Of a stretch of DNA of 64,000 bases, positions 13,436 through 27,100 are shown piece after piece. The notes under the pieces are model-generated. The model saw nothing but the letters and a program-made list of their open reading frames with translations, was not told the origin of the DNA and ran no database searches. The DNA is from Podarcis pityusensis. Lineage: Eukaryota. The stretch lies in NCBI GenBank assembly GCA_964106645.2, contig OZ067038.1. The stretch is one strand, 5' to 3'. Position numbers and translations under genes: made by a program. Numbering within the stretch: the first letter of the stretch is position 1; each line of letters starts with the position of its first letter.

Positions 13436-16400
13436 TATCCCTCCCTTCGGCCAGTATTATGTTCAGGGGCTCAACTCCCAGTTCTGCCTCATACTCTGTT
13501 TCATGGACAAGCTGCTTGTCCCTTATGAATAGCTACTTCCCTCAAGGCAGACATTTTGTGACTAGTCATGGTCTCCCAGCTGCCATTATGTGGTGATACT
13601 CATAAGCTTTTCCAAATGGGCCCATGAGCCTGAAAAGGGTTGGTAACTACTGGCCTAAAGGCCCACACATACCTCGCTAGCGATGTGGTGGGCATCTTTT
13701 AAGGTCTTGTAGATCTTGGCTTCCTTCAGGTCGTATTGCGGCTTATTGCCCTTCTCCTTGTCAAACTTCTCTTTGTATTTGATCTAATTCCAAGAGGAAC
13801 AAGTGTTAAAACAAGGTCCTGAATTTTAGCTTGTCTGGTGCCAAGGGAGAAAGAGTCCACATTCAGATTGTCAAAACTGATCCCAATTGCAAGCAGACAG
13901 GTCGAACAATGCAAGCCATAAGACCTCTTTGAAAAGAAGATACCATTAACGAAGGCCAGGAAAATTCACGTGATGCAGCAATGAACTTGGCACACACTGC
14001 ATTTACAAGATTTCATGTTGCGTCTTTCATTCAGTAGTTGTGTTTCAGCTCCACATTTGAAATATATAACTCATTCATGGGGGGCGGTCCTGAATGTTGT
14101 GTGTGTGTAGCATGGCTATCAAGAGACACAAGAGCTAAATTATGACTGCATTGTGCATTTTTCTGTGGCCTAAAATGGGCCTAAAATAGAAACATCTGAC
14201 TTTCTAAATACTTCTTTCCTGCCTTCCCTCCAAGGGATTTTGAGCAGCATTCAAGTCTCAGGGTAGATCTACACACAGGGGGAAAAACGCTATAAATACT
14301 GTAAGTCAGAAACTAGATCGTTGTAACAAAAAATTTAAAAACCCCTATGGGAAATTTTCCTGCTCTCTGGCGTCATCTGGTGTTGCATGTTTATAGTGCA
14401 TGCAAATCATTTTTTCTTTACTAATGATGAAAGTAGGTTTGACGGAGACTGTAATTTGCCCAAGACTCCTCCCCCTACTAAATTTTACAGCTCAGCATGG
14501 TTTTAAACCAAGATTTGCTACACTGGAGCCCAGTGTTCTCCCAATACACTGCCTAATCAAAGAGGCAGCTGCATTTGATCTGATAACTATAATTATTGGC
14601 TTTAAGAGAAATTGCAAAAAGACTGTGATTTTAAATAAAAAGACATGTTCATGATAGAGAATAAAGGTCCTGCTAGATGCTCTATTCTCTCAGTACTAGA
14701 ATTCAGAAGAATACTATACTGCACTTTTATTTACAATGACTTTCCTATGCCCTCTGATGGACAGTCCAGTTCTGCCTGACAATTGAAGTGAGCAAATGCA
14801 GCTTGGTTACTTTCATTCTAATGGAGGAATAAACAGATTCACCATGTTTTCAGTCGAAGAACTTGCCAGGGGATATTACTGCTTACTAGTACTTTGCACT
14901 GTTAGTGTGCAAAGCACATAGAGCAAGGTTCTTAAGACTGAAAAGCTTCATTATCAAATGCTCCATAAAAGAAGAGGTAAGATATTAGTCATTTGCTAAA
15001 GAGAGAGAAAATAGCAGTTATACAAATCCTGGCATGAACCAGCAAAAATTAAGCACCTGGATTCCAAATGATTTCAACGAGAGCTTATGATGTATTTTAG
15101 CCCTCTCATGTTGAAATCAATGGTTTGATATGCTTAATGTTACAGGGATGGCACCCAGTCTTCACCCCACCCCTGGCAAGAGCTGATTGACGTAACTGAT
15201 GAAAGGAATAGATCATGCTAGGGAGCAATGCACATGGCTGAAAAGAAGAAAAGTTTAACGTTAGAAAACGGGAAGATGCCGCAGTGCAGATTTCAATCCC
15301 ATTCCACGATTCTGGATGTCTAAAACATGTTGGCATGTTTTTATCCACACAACCCTGTATCCTTCATGCTGGATAGCCTCATCTTTGGGACATGGGTTGC
15401 CAAAAGATGCCAGTGGTCAATATTCAAGTGACAGTCAAGTATACTGTTTATGTTTACTTTTTAAAAAATGCCGGACACTCTGGGCACTGACGCTCTTGAG
15501 AAGGAAAAGACTCTTCCTACAATGACACAGACACACACAAACACAAATGACGTATTACAGGTAGGTGGGGACCATTATGGGCCACCACAATTCAGATATG
15601 CATTTTGTGCCTGAATAGTGGCTCCACAGGGCACAAGCTACTTTCTTAGAATACTCTGTGGGTTTCAAAAGCATTTTGACAATTGTCGTGAGGACCCACT
15701 AGATCAAAATGCAAGTCTCTCGTTAATACTTGCGATTTCCATCAGGATTCCGTACTTGCTAAACAAGATTTGTTAATGGATATGAGATAATGAACAAAAA
15801 ACTATGGATGATTGGCAGAGAAGCTGAGGGAAGTCCAAAAGTTGAAATTTGTGAAAATGTTTGATATGGTGATATTTGTATAATGGAAAATTTAATAAAA
15901 ATTATTATATAAAAAAGAGATAATGAACAAAAAACAAGAGGCAAAGGGACTTGTTTCAATATTAAAACAAAAAGCAGCAACAAAACCATAAGACACAGTA
16001 TACAAGAGTATCAATAGCAGTGACAACATAGATGACATAAGACACTGTGTAGATGGTGTTTTGACAGTTTTCATGGCAAATTCCTGCTGTTTCTCACAAG
16101 TAGAGAAAGACGGTTTCTCTGACATGCAGCTGTCCCATGCAACAATCACAAAGAGAAATGGGAAATAAAGCACCCCCTTTTATTCCTTATGAAATTTCTG
16201 TCCATAACCTGTAGAAAATTGGTGCAAATATGTCATTTACTTTCTAAGCAATTTGAAAGCGAGTGAAGAATCATCTGAAAATGTCTGTCCGCAAATAACA
16301 GTAGTTAAGGAGCTATTTGCAAGAGTTTAGGAATTTGTTTGAAGGTAATTCATCAGAAGCCTTTCCCCTAAATTGGTGGCTTTTAATAGGGGTGTCCACA

Positions 16401-16849
16401 TTGTTATATTCAATGAATGTAGACTTTGAGGACTGTGTACAGAAATAGTTGAGCTGTTCACTCGTACAATTTTTTACATGCAGCATTCCACAAGAGCATA
16501 TTTTGTGTACCTGCAGCAGTTGAGCTATAAGAGCTTGTACCTGTGCTCAGTGCAATGTGTGGACAAGCTTATTCTGTTTCAAGAAACTCTGGGTTCTTAG
16601 TGAGAAGGTCAGTAATGATGAACTAGCTTCCCTGAACAACAGCTTGTCCACTGCTACTGCTCCTCCTCTGCGATCCTGGAGAGGATTGGGAATGTTCCAG
16701 GATATATTCTCAGTTAATTCAGGGCAACAAAAGTGGTTCCTGAAGTCTGGGCAGCATTCTACATCAACTGACTGTGCACATGAACTGGGGAGAAAGCACA
16801 CTGCAGAGTGCACAGTTGTATTCAAGTGCAGATAGCTGCCACAGTTCCC

Positions 16850-16885
<36 letters not shown>

Positions 16886-18113
16886 CAGAGCATGGGTTGT
16901 GCTCTTAACACACTGACATGAAAACTAGTGAATGCTTCAGGAATTGCCACCAATGTCATATAGAGGGAAGTGTAAATGTTTGACTAAATTCCCCACTTTC
17001 ATGTATTTTGGACAACTCAAGCTTTTCCTTGAAGCCGAGACATTCTCAGAACAAATTCCCAAGCAGAACTTTGCATAAGGAAGAAAGGGGAGGGCTCACA
17101 AATCCACAAGGTTTTAATGTTCTTTTTCAAAAATAAAAATAGAAGCAGTGCCTCGAACACTTAGGATTGTGCCAAGAATATAGAATCTAGCAAGAGACTC
17201 ATGAAATTGGTAGCAGCATAGGAGAGCCGCTTAAAATCCATCTTACATGGCTACTTAGGACATTAGCTTTCTTAACGTGTCTCATCATGGGCGTGTCGTA
17301 TGATGCAGCCCCATGGCCCCTCATGCGTCCTTTGATGTATTCTGCCTACAAAGCGTAGCAAGATAGCAAGATTAGAATGGCAAACCTCCAAGATGGACAA
17401 AGCAAGAAGCTGAGGTAGAAGAGCCGGTGATATTCTTGTCTTTGTGGGGGGCAGGGAGTCTCGTGGGAAGCAGCATGGGTCAGAAACGCACCAAGTGAAG
17501 TCGGTCAGTGTTTGTCAGAGAGGAAAGAGGCATACGCTAGCACCAAAACGCAAAAAGTTAACACGTTGTTTGAAGTGTTTTCCCTGAGGGGAAAGTCCAG
17601 TGCTGCTACCCTCACTATAGAAATATATAACAGCACAAACATTAAAATGTCTGCCAAAGAAAATTGATAAGGGAAGAACTGGAGAGAAGACAATAAAAAG
17701 AAACATTTTACCTCCCAGTATACAGCAAATGACCAAACATTTACGGCATGTTTTTTAACACAAAAATTGTTTCAGGTCATTGGTATGGGAGCCCGGTGCC
17801 TTCCATATGTTGTTGGACTCCAGTTCAACTCTTAGCATCAAAGTTTGGCATGGTCAGGGATCTGCTAAGGACCAGCACTCCAGCAGGGCACCCGCTGAAC
17901 CTCCCTTCACCACAACCAACCTGCTTGTTCACTCATCTTTTGCTCTGGCTCAGACAATACTGGTGATGTAAAGGATGAGATGAACCCTTGGGGGGTTTTG
18001 TGGGGGATTTTTGCGGGGGGGGGGTGTTTTCCATTGTATTCAAAACAGAAATAAATCATTTTAAATGCCAGGTAAGAGTTTAGTAATATAAACCAAAGAG
18101 AGAGAGAAAGGGA

Positions 18114-18165
<52 letters not shown>

Positions 18166-21100
18166 CAGACAAGCCCAGGCCCATGGAAACATGAATCTGG
18201 ATTACTTCGATCAGTGCTACTTTGTGAGAACAGAGACTCTGATTACACAAGGAGTTCCTCTCCCACTCAGTATAATGGGTGAGGCAGCTCCCTGTGTGTA
18301 AAGGGCTCAGTAATTGTTTCTTCAATGAGCTAAATAGGAAGCTCACCTACATAGGGACACAATACACAGAGTATAGCATCCACGTACCGCAGCAGACTTC
18401 AAAGGCCGTCAATACCTTTCAGAACAATCTAACCCCTAGGTCAAGAGCTTGATCAGGGATGGTAGAGTTGGAAGGGACCACGAGGGCCATCTAGCCCAAA
18501 CCCCTGCAAGGCAGGAATCTTTTTGCCCGGCGTGGGGCTCGAACCCACAATCCTGAGATTAAGAGACACAAGCTCTACTGACTTCGCTAACTTTCGGGAC
18601 GGGGTGGGTGAGAGGCTTTGGTGGCAGCAGTAAAACAAGGAGATATTGAAGTACATACACCAGAGTCCAGCACCCAGATGTGGATGCAAATTGCCCACTC
18701 CCCAGATATCAGATTGATGATTGGATGACCAGAGATAAGGAAATAATCTCCTCCCTCATTGGATCTGTATAGAATAGTGGAGGGGGGGGGTAGGCTCTTT
18801 GCTTGTACCGTATATTTATGTGCATATGAGATGGTGAGGTGGCCACAACCACGATTGACAGACAGCCCTGGAAGATTTGGCCAGAAAATATTAACCACCC
18901 CGATCTCAAATAAATTATCTCTAAAGCTGCTTTATCTGTAAAGTCAACATTACATCAAAATGATTGCAAAAGAAAATGTATGCCATATGGTTATAAGTTG
19001 AAGCAGCCACCTGTTCATACCTGGCTTGTAAGTTTGGACACCTCCTTGGCAAGTTCAATATCTGGACGTCCAAGCATGCTGACTCCCAGACCAGCTTCTC
19101 CACGAGCTTTGGCTTTATATTCAATCTAAGACGAATATATGAAATGTCAAGGGGTTAAAAAAACCAAAAACAAAACCCCCCTCTGGCTTCTACATACTGA
19201 AATGAAACTATTTATATGCATGCTGTCATATTGCCACAAGTTGCTGAACAGTTACACTGATAAAGTACTTACATCACTGACTAAATGGGAGACTTGGGTG
19301 GCTTTCTTAATATCAGGGCGATCCGCCACACTAGTGTAATGGAGCTTGGATTTGGCATCCTTTTTGTATTGGATCTAGGTGAACACAAGGATAAAGAGAA
19401 GCAGTTACTGTTGTGTTTTCTTTTTAAGGAAAGAACAAGATCCTTTGGATGATAATGTTTTCACCAGAGCTATTGTTGATGCCCACCACCCATGCAAAAA
19501 CTGCATACGTTTCACTGTAATGAAACAAAGTCTGCATGGAAAAGCTACAGCCACCCATGTCAGCGTGTGTTTCTCCTATAGCCCACGGCTTCGAAAGGAT
19601 TATTCCTTAGATTGCCCATCCAGGGTTTAAATGAGGTAACTGGAGGAAGAACTTACAGTGCTCTGATTCTTTGCAACTTCCATGGCGTGTTTCACATCAG
19701 GAGGCTCCAGCATGATTGAATAGTCTGACTTGCCTTTCTCCTTGTGGAATTTCTTTTTATAATTTGTCTGTTTCGGAACAGAAGAGAGTTGTGTCACACA
19801 TTCTTCACCTGAGGCTTACTTTGCCGACATTTATAATAAGAAACATAGGTGATGACTTCTACGCTTAAGGAAGACAGGTGCGCATTCGTGTGGGCGCTCA
19901 CACATGCACTTGTAGGTTAACTAGCTTTGTTTCCTGATCTGCTGCAAGTTTTCCTCTACGGTCAGAAGCTCTCCACATTAAAAAGAGAGAGGGAGAGATT
20001 CAAAGGGCAGCTACATAAACGAGAATAAAGTTGACTGTAAGGACTGGTCCCTATGTGGAAAGCCCATCAGTCAAAAACACTTTGCTTACAGCTGTCAACA
20101 AACAGATATTGCATTGAATGGGTGTTCCCCTGATGATTTATGGCTATTTAATCCAGCAGAGATTTTCGTCAGTCAAACAAAGATCAAGGTGATCTTCAGT
20201 GATTGCTCCTTCCTCCACCAACCCCATGCTCCTGCGTGCTGGGGAACCCTTTGGAAGAATATAAAAGATGGGACACGTACCCAAAATCATAGGGGGCGAG
20301 CACCAAGCAATTACTTAACCTATATCTCAATTGCTCCATCCATATTCTATTTACAGTTATTTTAAAATGACTAGAAATAATTAACTGCAATGAACCCAAT
20401 TTTGCATATGTTTATACACACACACACACACACACTGTTGTAGTTCTTCAGCCGCTACCAATGCCACTCATTTCTATCACACTCTTTAATTTGTAAAGCG
20501 TTTCAAAACCTTTGCTCTATGTTCATAATCAGGTCCCTTACCAACAATTAATTCAAACAGGCATGGATCGCGCAAACTCATGTCAGAAGAAACAATTTCT
20601 AGATTTGACAGCCTACAGAAATATATTTGAAGGCATTCTCTCTTTTTTTCAACACGCTAAGCTTCCATCTACACACGATTTCAGAAACTCTGTTCAACCA
20701 CGTTATTAAACTTATGCTGATATTTAACTATGTGAGCTGACAGGCTGGTGTAAGTAACATCAGCCCTGGTGAACAGGGAGCAGCACCATTTTAGTAAGGC
20801 GTAATTAGCATGAAGTATAATTTATAATAGAGCAACAACAGTTTCCATCACCGAGTAAACAAAACAAATGCAAGCGTCAACTCAACCGGTGATGTGACTA
20901 TAGTAATGCAAAAGCAGTTTACCTCACTGACGTTCTTGGTTACGTTTTTGACATGAACAGTGTCTCGTGTTTCTGGCAATTTTGTAAAGGAGCCATGTGG
21001 CAGGTGCTTCTTAACATGTTCTTTGTATTTGTTCTGGTGATGAAGAGAAACAACAGTTATTGAAGTAATATATATTTAATAAGGAATAAATGCTGAAAAC

Positions 21101-24100
21101 TGGAGAATTACATACACACATACATACATACATATATAAATAATAAATTACCTCAGACACAAGAGCACTAACAGTCTTTGCAAGAAGGATCTGAGGAGTA
21201 TCTGGAACTGGGTGGATAGTTCCCCTTTCCTTGTTATGCTTCTCTTTATATTTTAACTGGGAAATGAAATGGAAAGGTATTAGTTTCAAGCAGTGTATAA
21301 TAAACAGGGCTACACAAATGGGCTCGCCAAAGCCAAGAGCATGTGTTTTATTCTGGTGTGAGTCTCCATCCTTCTCTGGACTACAGAAAGGCAGGAGCTA
21401 GCTCAAATTTTGCATTAACTATTGGAGAGATTGGAGGACTCTGTTCTAAAGTCAGAACATAGTCTGGGGAAATGTCTGCCCTTCTTCCAGTATGAGAGAA
21501 GAGTGGTGGATTTCCTGACATTGTACTGAGACCTGGTGATGTTCAGTGTGGCAGAGACAACTCTATGCCCTTCAACCAGTTTGGAGTAGGGGCACTGGAT
21601 GGCTTTAACAATGCAATTGTGCTGGGCCCTGGAGATGTTTGAAGTACATCCAGAACCCAGAAAGGCACTAGTAAGAAGACAGTGACTTGGGCTGGTTACA
21701 AAGGCTACAGGAAATTTGAGGACCCCTGTAAATCATGGTAGGTATTTCTTTCCTTACCACTATTACCAGAACTGAACCTGACATTAAAAGGTGTTTTTGT
21801 TATCCAGTACTGAAAATGTTTCTCGGTGTGATTTGTTTGCCACACCTATTTAGAAAAGTACAATCATTTGCTAAGGTTTACATGCTGATCTGAGTGTCCA
21901 AGACTTAAAAAGGGGTGGGGGGTGGGGAAGCTTCCATTAAAAGGATTTTAGAATACTCACATCACTCGCCAAGATTGCATTCTGCAAAGCCAACACTGTG
22001 TTTTTGTCATCTGTTACAGATAGCTTGCATCCTCTATAGTACTCTCGGTCATATTTGTAATCATACTACAAAGAAACAGGAGAATAAAAAGTGTCAGAAG
22101 TGCAGCCTATGGCACCAGAGGCATGTCTTGCTATGTCAGGAAATAAAATGGGTGCATGTGGTTTTAGTTTCCTTACATCACTCTGTTGCAAAGATGATTT
22201 GGCAGCTTGGATGAAGTCCGGTCTGTCCACAGTCCAGTGCCAGTGAGCCTTGGCAGCTTCATATTTCTTCTTGTAATCCAGCTGTTCAAAGAGAAATAGA
22301 TAAACAATGTAAACGTAGACTCAAGCCATTCTTGTAAAAGGGTCACCATAAAACAAGAGTGAAAAGGATATTTTTGATTCCCCAAAATAAATACGTAACT
22401 AAATGTTTGGTGGTGCAGATGCAAACTTCTATGTCTAGGAATTCTGACACTCCCCATAAAGTTTCACTTTCCCTTAGCCATTTATGTTGGCCATCCAAAG
22501 TTGAGCAGTTGATAAATCTCCTATTTTTACCAGTAAGCTGGGAGCGCAACCCCCCCCCCCTACAATATGAGTGGGCTATGTTTGCCATGGCTTGCGGACT
22601 GTACAAGGCTGCAGACAAACAGGTCTGCCACTTTCTACTTTTCCATCCATATCTGCCTTTTTCTCGCTCTTCTACAGAATTTTAGCTCTGCTTGTGCTGC
22701 TGTGGAACAAGCATGGGAAAAGGCATAGCCTTAAAAGGAAAAAGACAAAAGATTAAACAGGTAGTGGGTTTTATGTTTGGAACGACCACATTTTCTTAGC
22801 TGTCAGGAATACAGCATGTTAAAAAGGATGGTTTGTTCGTACATGGCTCTTTCAGGAAGTTGGAACCTTGGGATTTGCACCACCTACAATTTGTACTCTG
22901 CCCAAAGGGATGGGGGTGGACATTTCTCTATCCCACACATATCTAAAGTTGGCATGAGATGCACTGCCTCATCCGATCTGGCTAGGAGTTTCCGTAAGCG
23001 TATGGAAATTAGGCACCGAAAGAGGCCTCAGCTGAGTGGGACCTGGGAGCCCTACTCCCTCAGTTTCCTTTGTAAGGCTTAGTCACCAGCAACAATAGCA
23101 CTGGACTCACATTGCTGTTTACTTTGTAGGCCTGCTTGGCAGCTTTGATATGAACAGAATCCGGTACAACGTTGCAGTGAGACTTATTCTGTTGATAGAC
23201 TTCTTTGTATTTCAGCTGTCGAAAGAACAAGAAGGTTAACGTTGCACATCTCTTTACACGGCTAAACAGAAATCACCCCAGGGAAAATTGTGTTAATCTG
23301 CCCTGGTAGGTCCAAGGAGGCACTGAATTTAGCGAACATCTGAGCAGTGGAGCCCCATTTGCCCTAAGAGAACAACCTTCGCTGCATTAAGGGTCCTCCT
23401 CCACTGGCAGCCCCCAGCCCCACCTCCCACACTGTTCCAGAAGGTTCCCCACAGCCCATCAGAATTGCATGAGGGTTGTGTTGGGAGCTGCAGGAGAGAA
23501 ACAGGGATTTGGCAAATGTCACTTCCGATTTTCTGCCAAATGGGAGAGCCTGCTCCTGCTGGTGGAAACAAAGTCTAGTACCAACCCATAATACGTAAGC
23601 CTATGGGCATTTCTCTTAATCCCCATAAAAAGGTAAGCAATCTGAGTGGTACATAATGTGTAAATATGAGAAAATTCATTAATAAATTCATTCATTCATT
23701 CTCCTACCATGAATCTATTGTTTCAACAAGTATTGGCTTACAGCAAATAACCATACTTATAAACACTGCTATGAAATGTGAGCTACCTTGAAAATAAAGA
23801 ATTATATTTAAATAGTCTAAGGCTTAGCTTTTATAGTGACGCAAACAAAATCTAATATGTATCATCTTACAGACTAATGAGCAAAAAATGAATTTGGAAC
23901 TTTGCTAGACACAGTTTATATAGAACGATTGGTCTCACCTGAAGTGTAGATTTGCAAGTAGGGATGCTGGAGCCAATGAGCTGAGTCATGTCCTATCCCA
24001 TTGGCTCCAGCATCCTGCGAGGTAAATGATAATGTTTACTTACATCGCTTATTCTGTCCTTGACCTTCCGTACGTGGAGTAACATGGGAGTATCATGGAT

Positions 24101-27100
24101 TGTGGTATATCCCTTTGGTTTGGCCTTGTTATATTCCAGTTTGTAGAGGATCTGGCAGCAAGAAAGGGCCAAGTTAAGTACAAGCAGTCATTAGAAATAG
24201 CATTTTAATTTCTTTTTAAAAAATACCCAGAGTGAACAAATATGTATACAACAATATGTATTGTTGTAGTTTACCGTAGACTATCTGAAGGAACTGGAGA
24301 AGGCCTGCTCCATCCTCTTTCCCATTCACTCCCATGGGTTTTCCACTGATGTGCTGAACAGGACTGGATTGGAGGATATATCTCCCCAGTCAGAACCTTA
24401 CCCACCCAGTGCACTGTCCCAGCCTCCAAGCTGGTCCTGCTTGTGGATTTCACAGCTGGTTGGCCAGGATGCTGGACTGTGATGGGCCTTTTGACCCGAT
24501 CCGGCGGGCTTCTTCTTACGTTCTTCTATCCTTAACCCACCCTCCATTTGCAGGAGGAAGCACACAGTTCCTCCCCATCTCCTAGTGAGCTGTCTCCTAC
24601 TTGTAAACATGGGGACAGGATGTCCAAATGCTGCCCAGGTACACACAGTCTTGCTCAGGTGAAAAACTGCATGCTTGATTGCGGCACTAAAGTAGGAAAT
24701 CAGCTAGGCAGTTTTCACCTTCACGATCTGAGCACTCGCTACACAGGCAGCATTGGGATGTTCTGCTTCGGCAGGTGGAACTGGTAGAGAGAGGGATGAT
24801 GTGCTAAGTGTTTAGGGTCATAATCATGGCTATTGGGCTTGGACTGCAACCCTTCCAACCATTGCCACTTATCTTATCTGGACCTGCTTTTTACTCAAAA
24901 GTCTGCATGAGCGCATCCTCCTGGTAAGCTTTCCACTTTCCTAACGTATGCTTTGAAGAGTAGGAAGAGCAATGGAGAAAGCATGGTACATTGTTTCTTA
25001 CACTAAGTATGTAACCTCTCACATGTGGGTGTGCTACTTGTGCCCAGCCAGTGGCTTCCTATCTACAATGGAGAGAAGGCAGAGGGTCAGGGCAGATTGT
25101 GGATGGAAACATGGGTCGGGTGGTGTAGGAGGATACTGGCTAGTATAAGGAAGACGCCAGGCTCAATCCCTCCATAGGTAAAGGTAAAGGTAAAGGGACC
25201 CCTGACCATTAGGTCCAGTCGTGGCCGACTCTGGGGTTGCGGCGCTCATCTCGTTTTATTGGCTGAGGGAGTTGGCGTACTGTTCCGGGTCATGTGGCCA
25301 GCATGACTAAGCCACTTCTGGCAAACCAGAGCAGCGCACAGAAACGCTGTTCACCTTCCCGCTGGAGAGGTACCTATTTATCTACTTGCACTTTGACGTG
25401 CTTTTGAACTGCTAGGTTGGCAGGAGCAGGGACCGAGCAATGGGAGCTCACCCCATCGCGGGGATTCAAACCGCCAACCTTCTGATCGACAAGTCCTAGG
25501 CTCTGTGGTTTAACCCACAGCGCCACCTGCGTCCCTCCCCCCCTCCATAGGTAATTGACCAATTTTTGGGTTAGTCACTCTTTCTCAGCCTAACCTACCT
25601 TACAGGGTTGTTGGGATAAATTAGACAAAGCCAATTTCACCACTCTGTGCAACTTGGAAGAAGAGTTGGATGGGTGTGGAGCTGTCCCAGCTACCCCCAG
25701 CCACACAATGCATCTGTCTTCCATAACACGGTGCGTCCCAGATGTTGTCAGACTGCAACTCCCATTGACCTCAGCCAGCATGGCCAATAGTGAGAGAGGA
25801 TGGGAGTTGTAGTCCAGCAGCTTCTGGAGGGCACCAGGCTGGGGGAGACTGCACTAAGCAATTGGTGGTTGCTGAAGTTCCCAAACTCACTCATTTGCCT
25901 GAGCATTTTTAGGCAGACAGTCCTTGTTGCTGTTTCCCTCAGCTTCGCAGTTCCTAACACCAGCTCTGACCCCAAACTGGCAAGCTGTGTTTCTCTTACT
26001 GTCCTCTTCCTCTCCCATGCCATCAGTCCGAAGAAAAACCCTGGCTATCCCCATTGTTGTCACACAAAGATTAGTCCAGAAAGACACCATACTGTTCCTC
26101 CCCCCCCCCCATTGGTCATGACAATTTCCACACTTACATCACTGATTTGCTTGTTGACTTTCGTCGTCCGCAGGTGTTCCGGAGTATCCACAATCGATGT
26201 AAACTTGTCCTTCTGCTTTTCATACAGCTGTTTGTATTTGTACTGTGGAATTTTTTTTAAAAAAAGCAGCAGTGAATGGTGGGGAATGACAGCAAATCAA
26301 CAACAACACCCCACCACAAATGCACATTTTAAGAAGAGTCCTAGCCTTAGCCTGCCTGTTCCAGCAGCTGTCATAGAAGTCAACCGAAACTGTGTACGTG
26401 GGGGGAGCCAAGCCCACACGATGGAAATGCCGGAGTTAAGCTTGCTTTTGGTTACGCTGACTTCTAAACAGGTCAAGTGTGGGGCAGTGGCTGGAGGACT
26501 AGATTTGGACATGGGAACTTGTATCTAAACACCCTTCAGCTATGTGCTTCCAGGGTTGGCCTTTGGCAAGTCATCATCTTTAACTTATCCCACAGACTTG
26601 ATGCGAGGATAAAAATGGGATAATCCTTTGCATCACCCTTCCCCGGGCCGGAAGCAAACACAGTTCCAATAAAGGAACTAAACTAGCAGGGTTTGCCGCT
26701 AGTGGATAAAACCCCAAGCTCTACGATCGCACTAAGAAATCAAAGGAGCCACTTAGCCGAATAAGAAGAGTGGGTGAGTAAGCATTTAAAAAATGGGTTT
26801 AAGAAGAGTTTCCCCCTCCCCCCGCTCAGTCAAGCCCACAAAGTCTACTGCAGGGGTAGGCAAACTAAGGCTCGGAGGCCGGATCTGGTCCAATCGCCTT
26901 CTAAATCCGGCCCATGGACGATCCGGGAATCAGCGTGTTTTTACATGAGTAGAATGTGTCCTTTTATTTAAAATGCATCTCTGGATTATTTGTGGGGCAT
27001 AAGAATTCGTTCATTATTTTTTCCAAAATATAGTCCAGCCCCCCACATGGTCTGAGGGGCGATGGACCAGCCCACGGCTCAAAAAGGTTGCTGACCCCTG

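Noticed and set aside
15730-15758. Possible cryptic exon after a tttag acceptor
   Set aside because: Weak donor, no module similarity, and the upstream sequence looks like a low-complexity LINE tail
18500-18590. tRNA-Lys-like sequence (also ~38222 and the SINE heads)
   Set aside because: Degenerate and fused to LINE-derived tails, so SINE heads rather than tRNA genes
25800-26528. 242-aa plus-strand ORF, the longest in the track
   Set aside because: Starts in a MITE, runs antisense to a NEB exon, and has no recognisable domain
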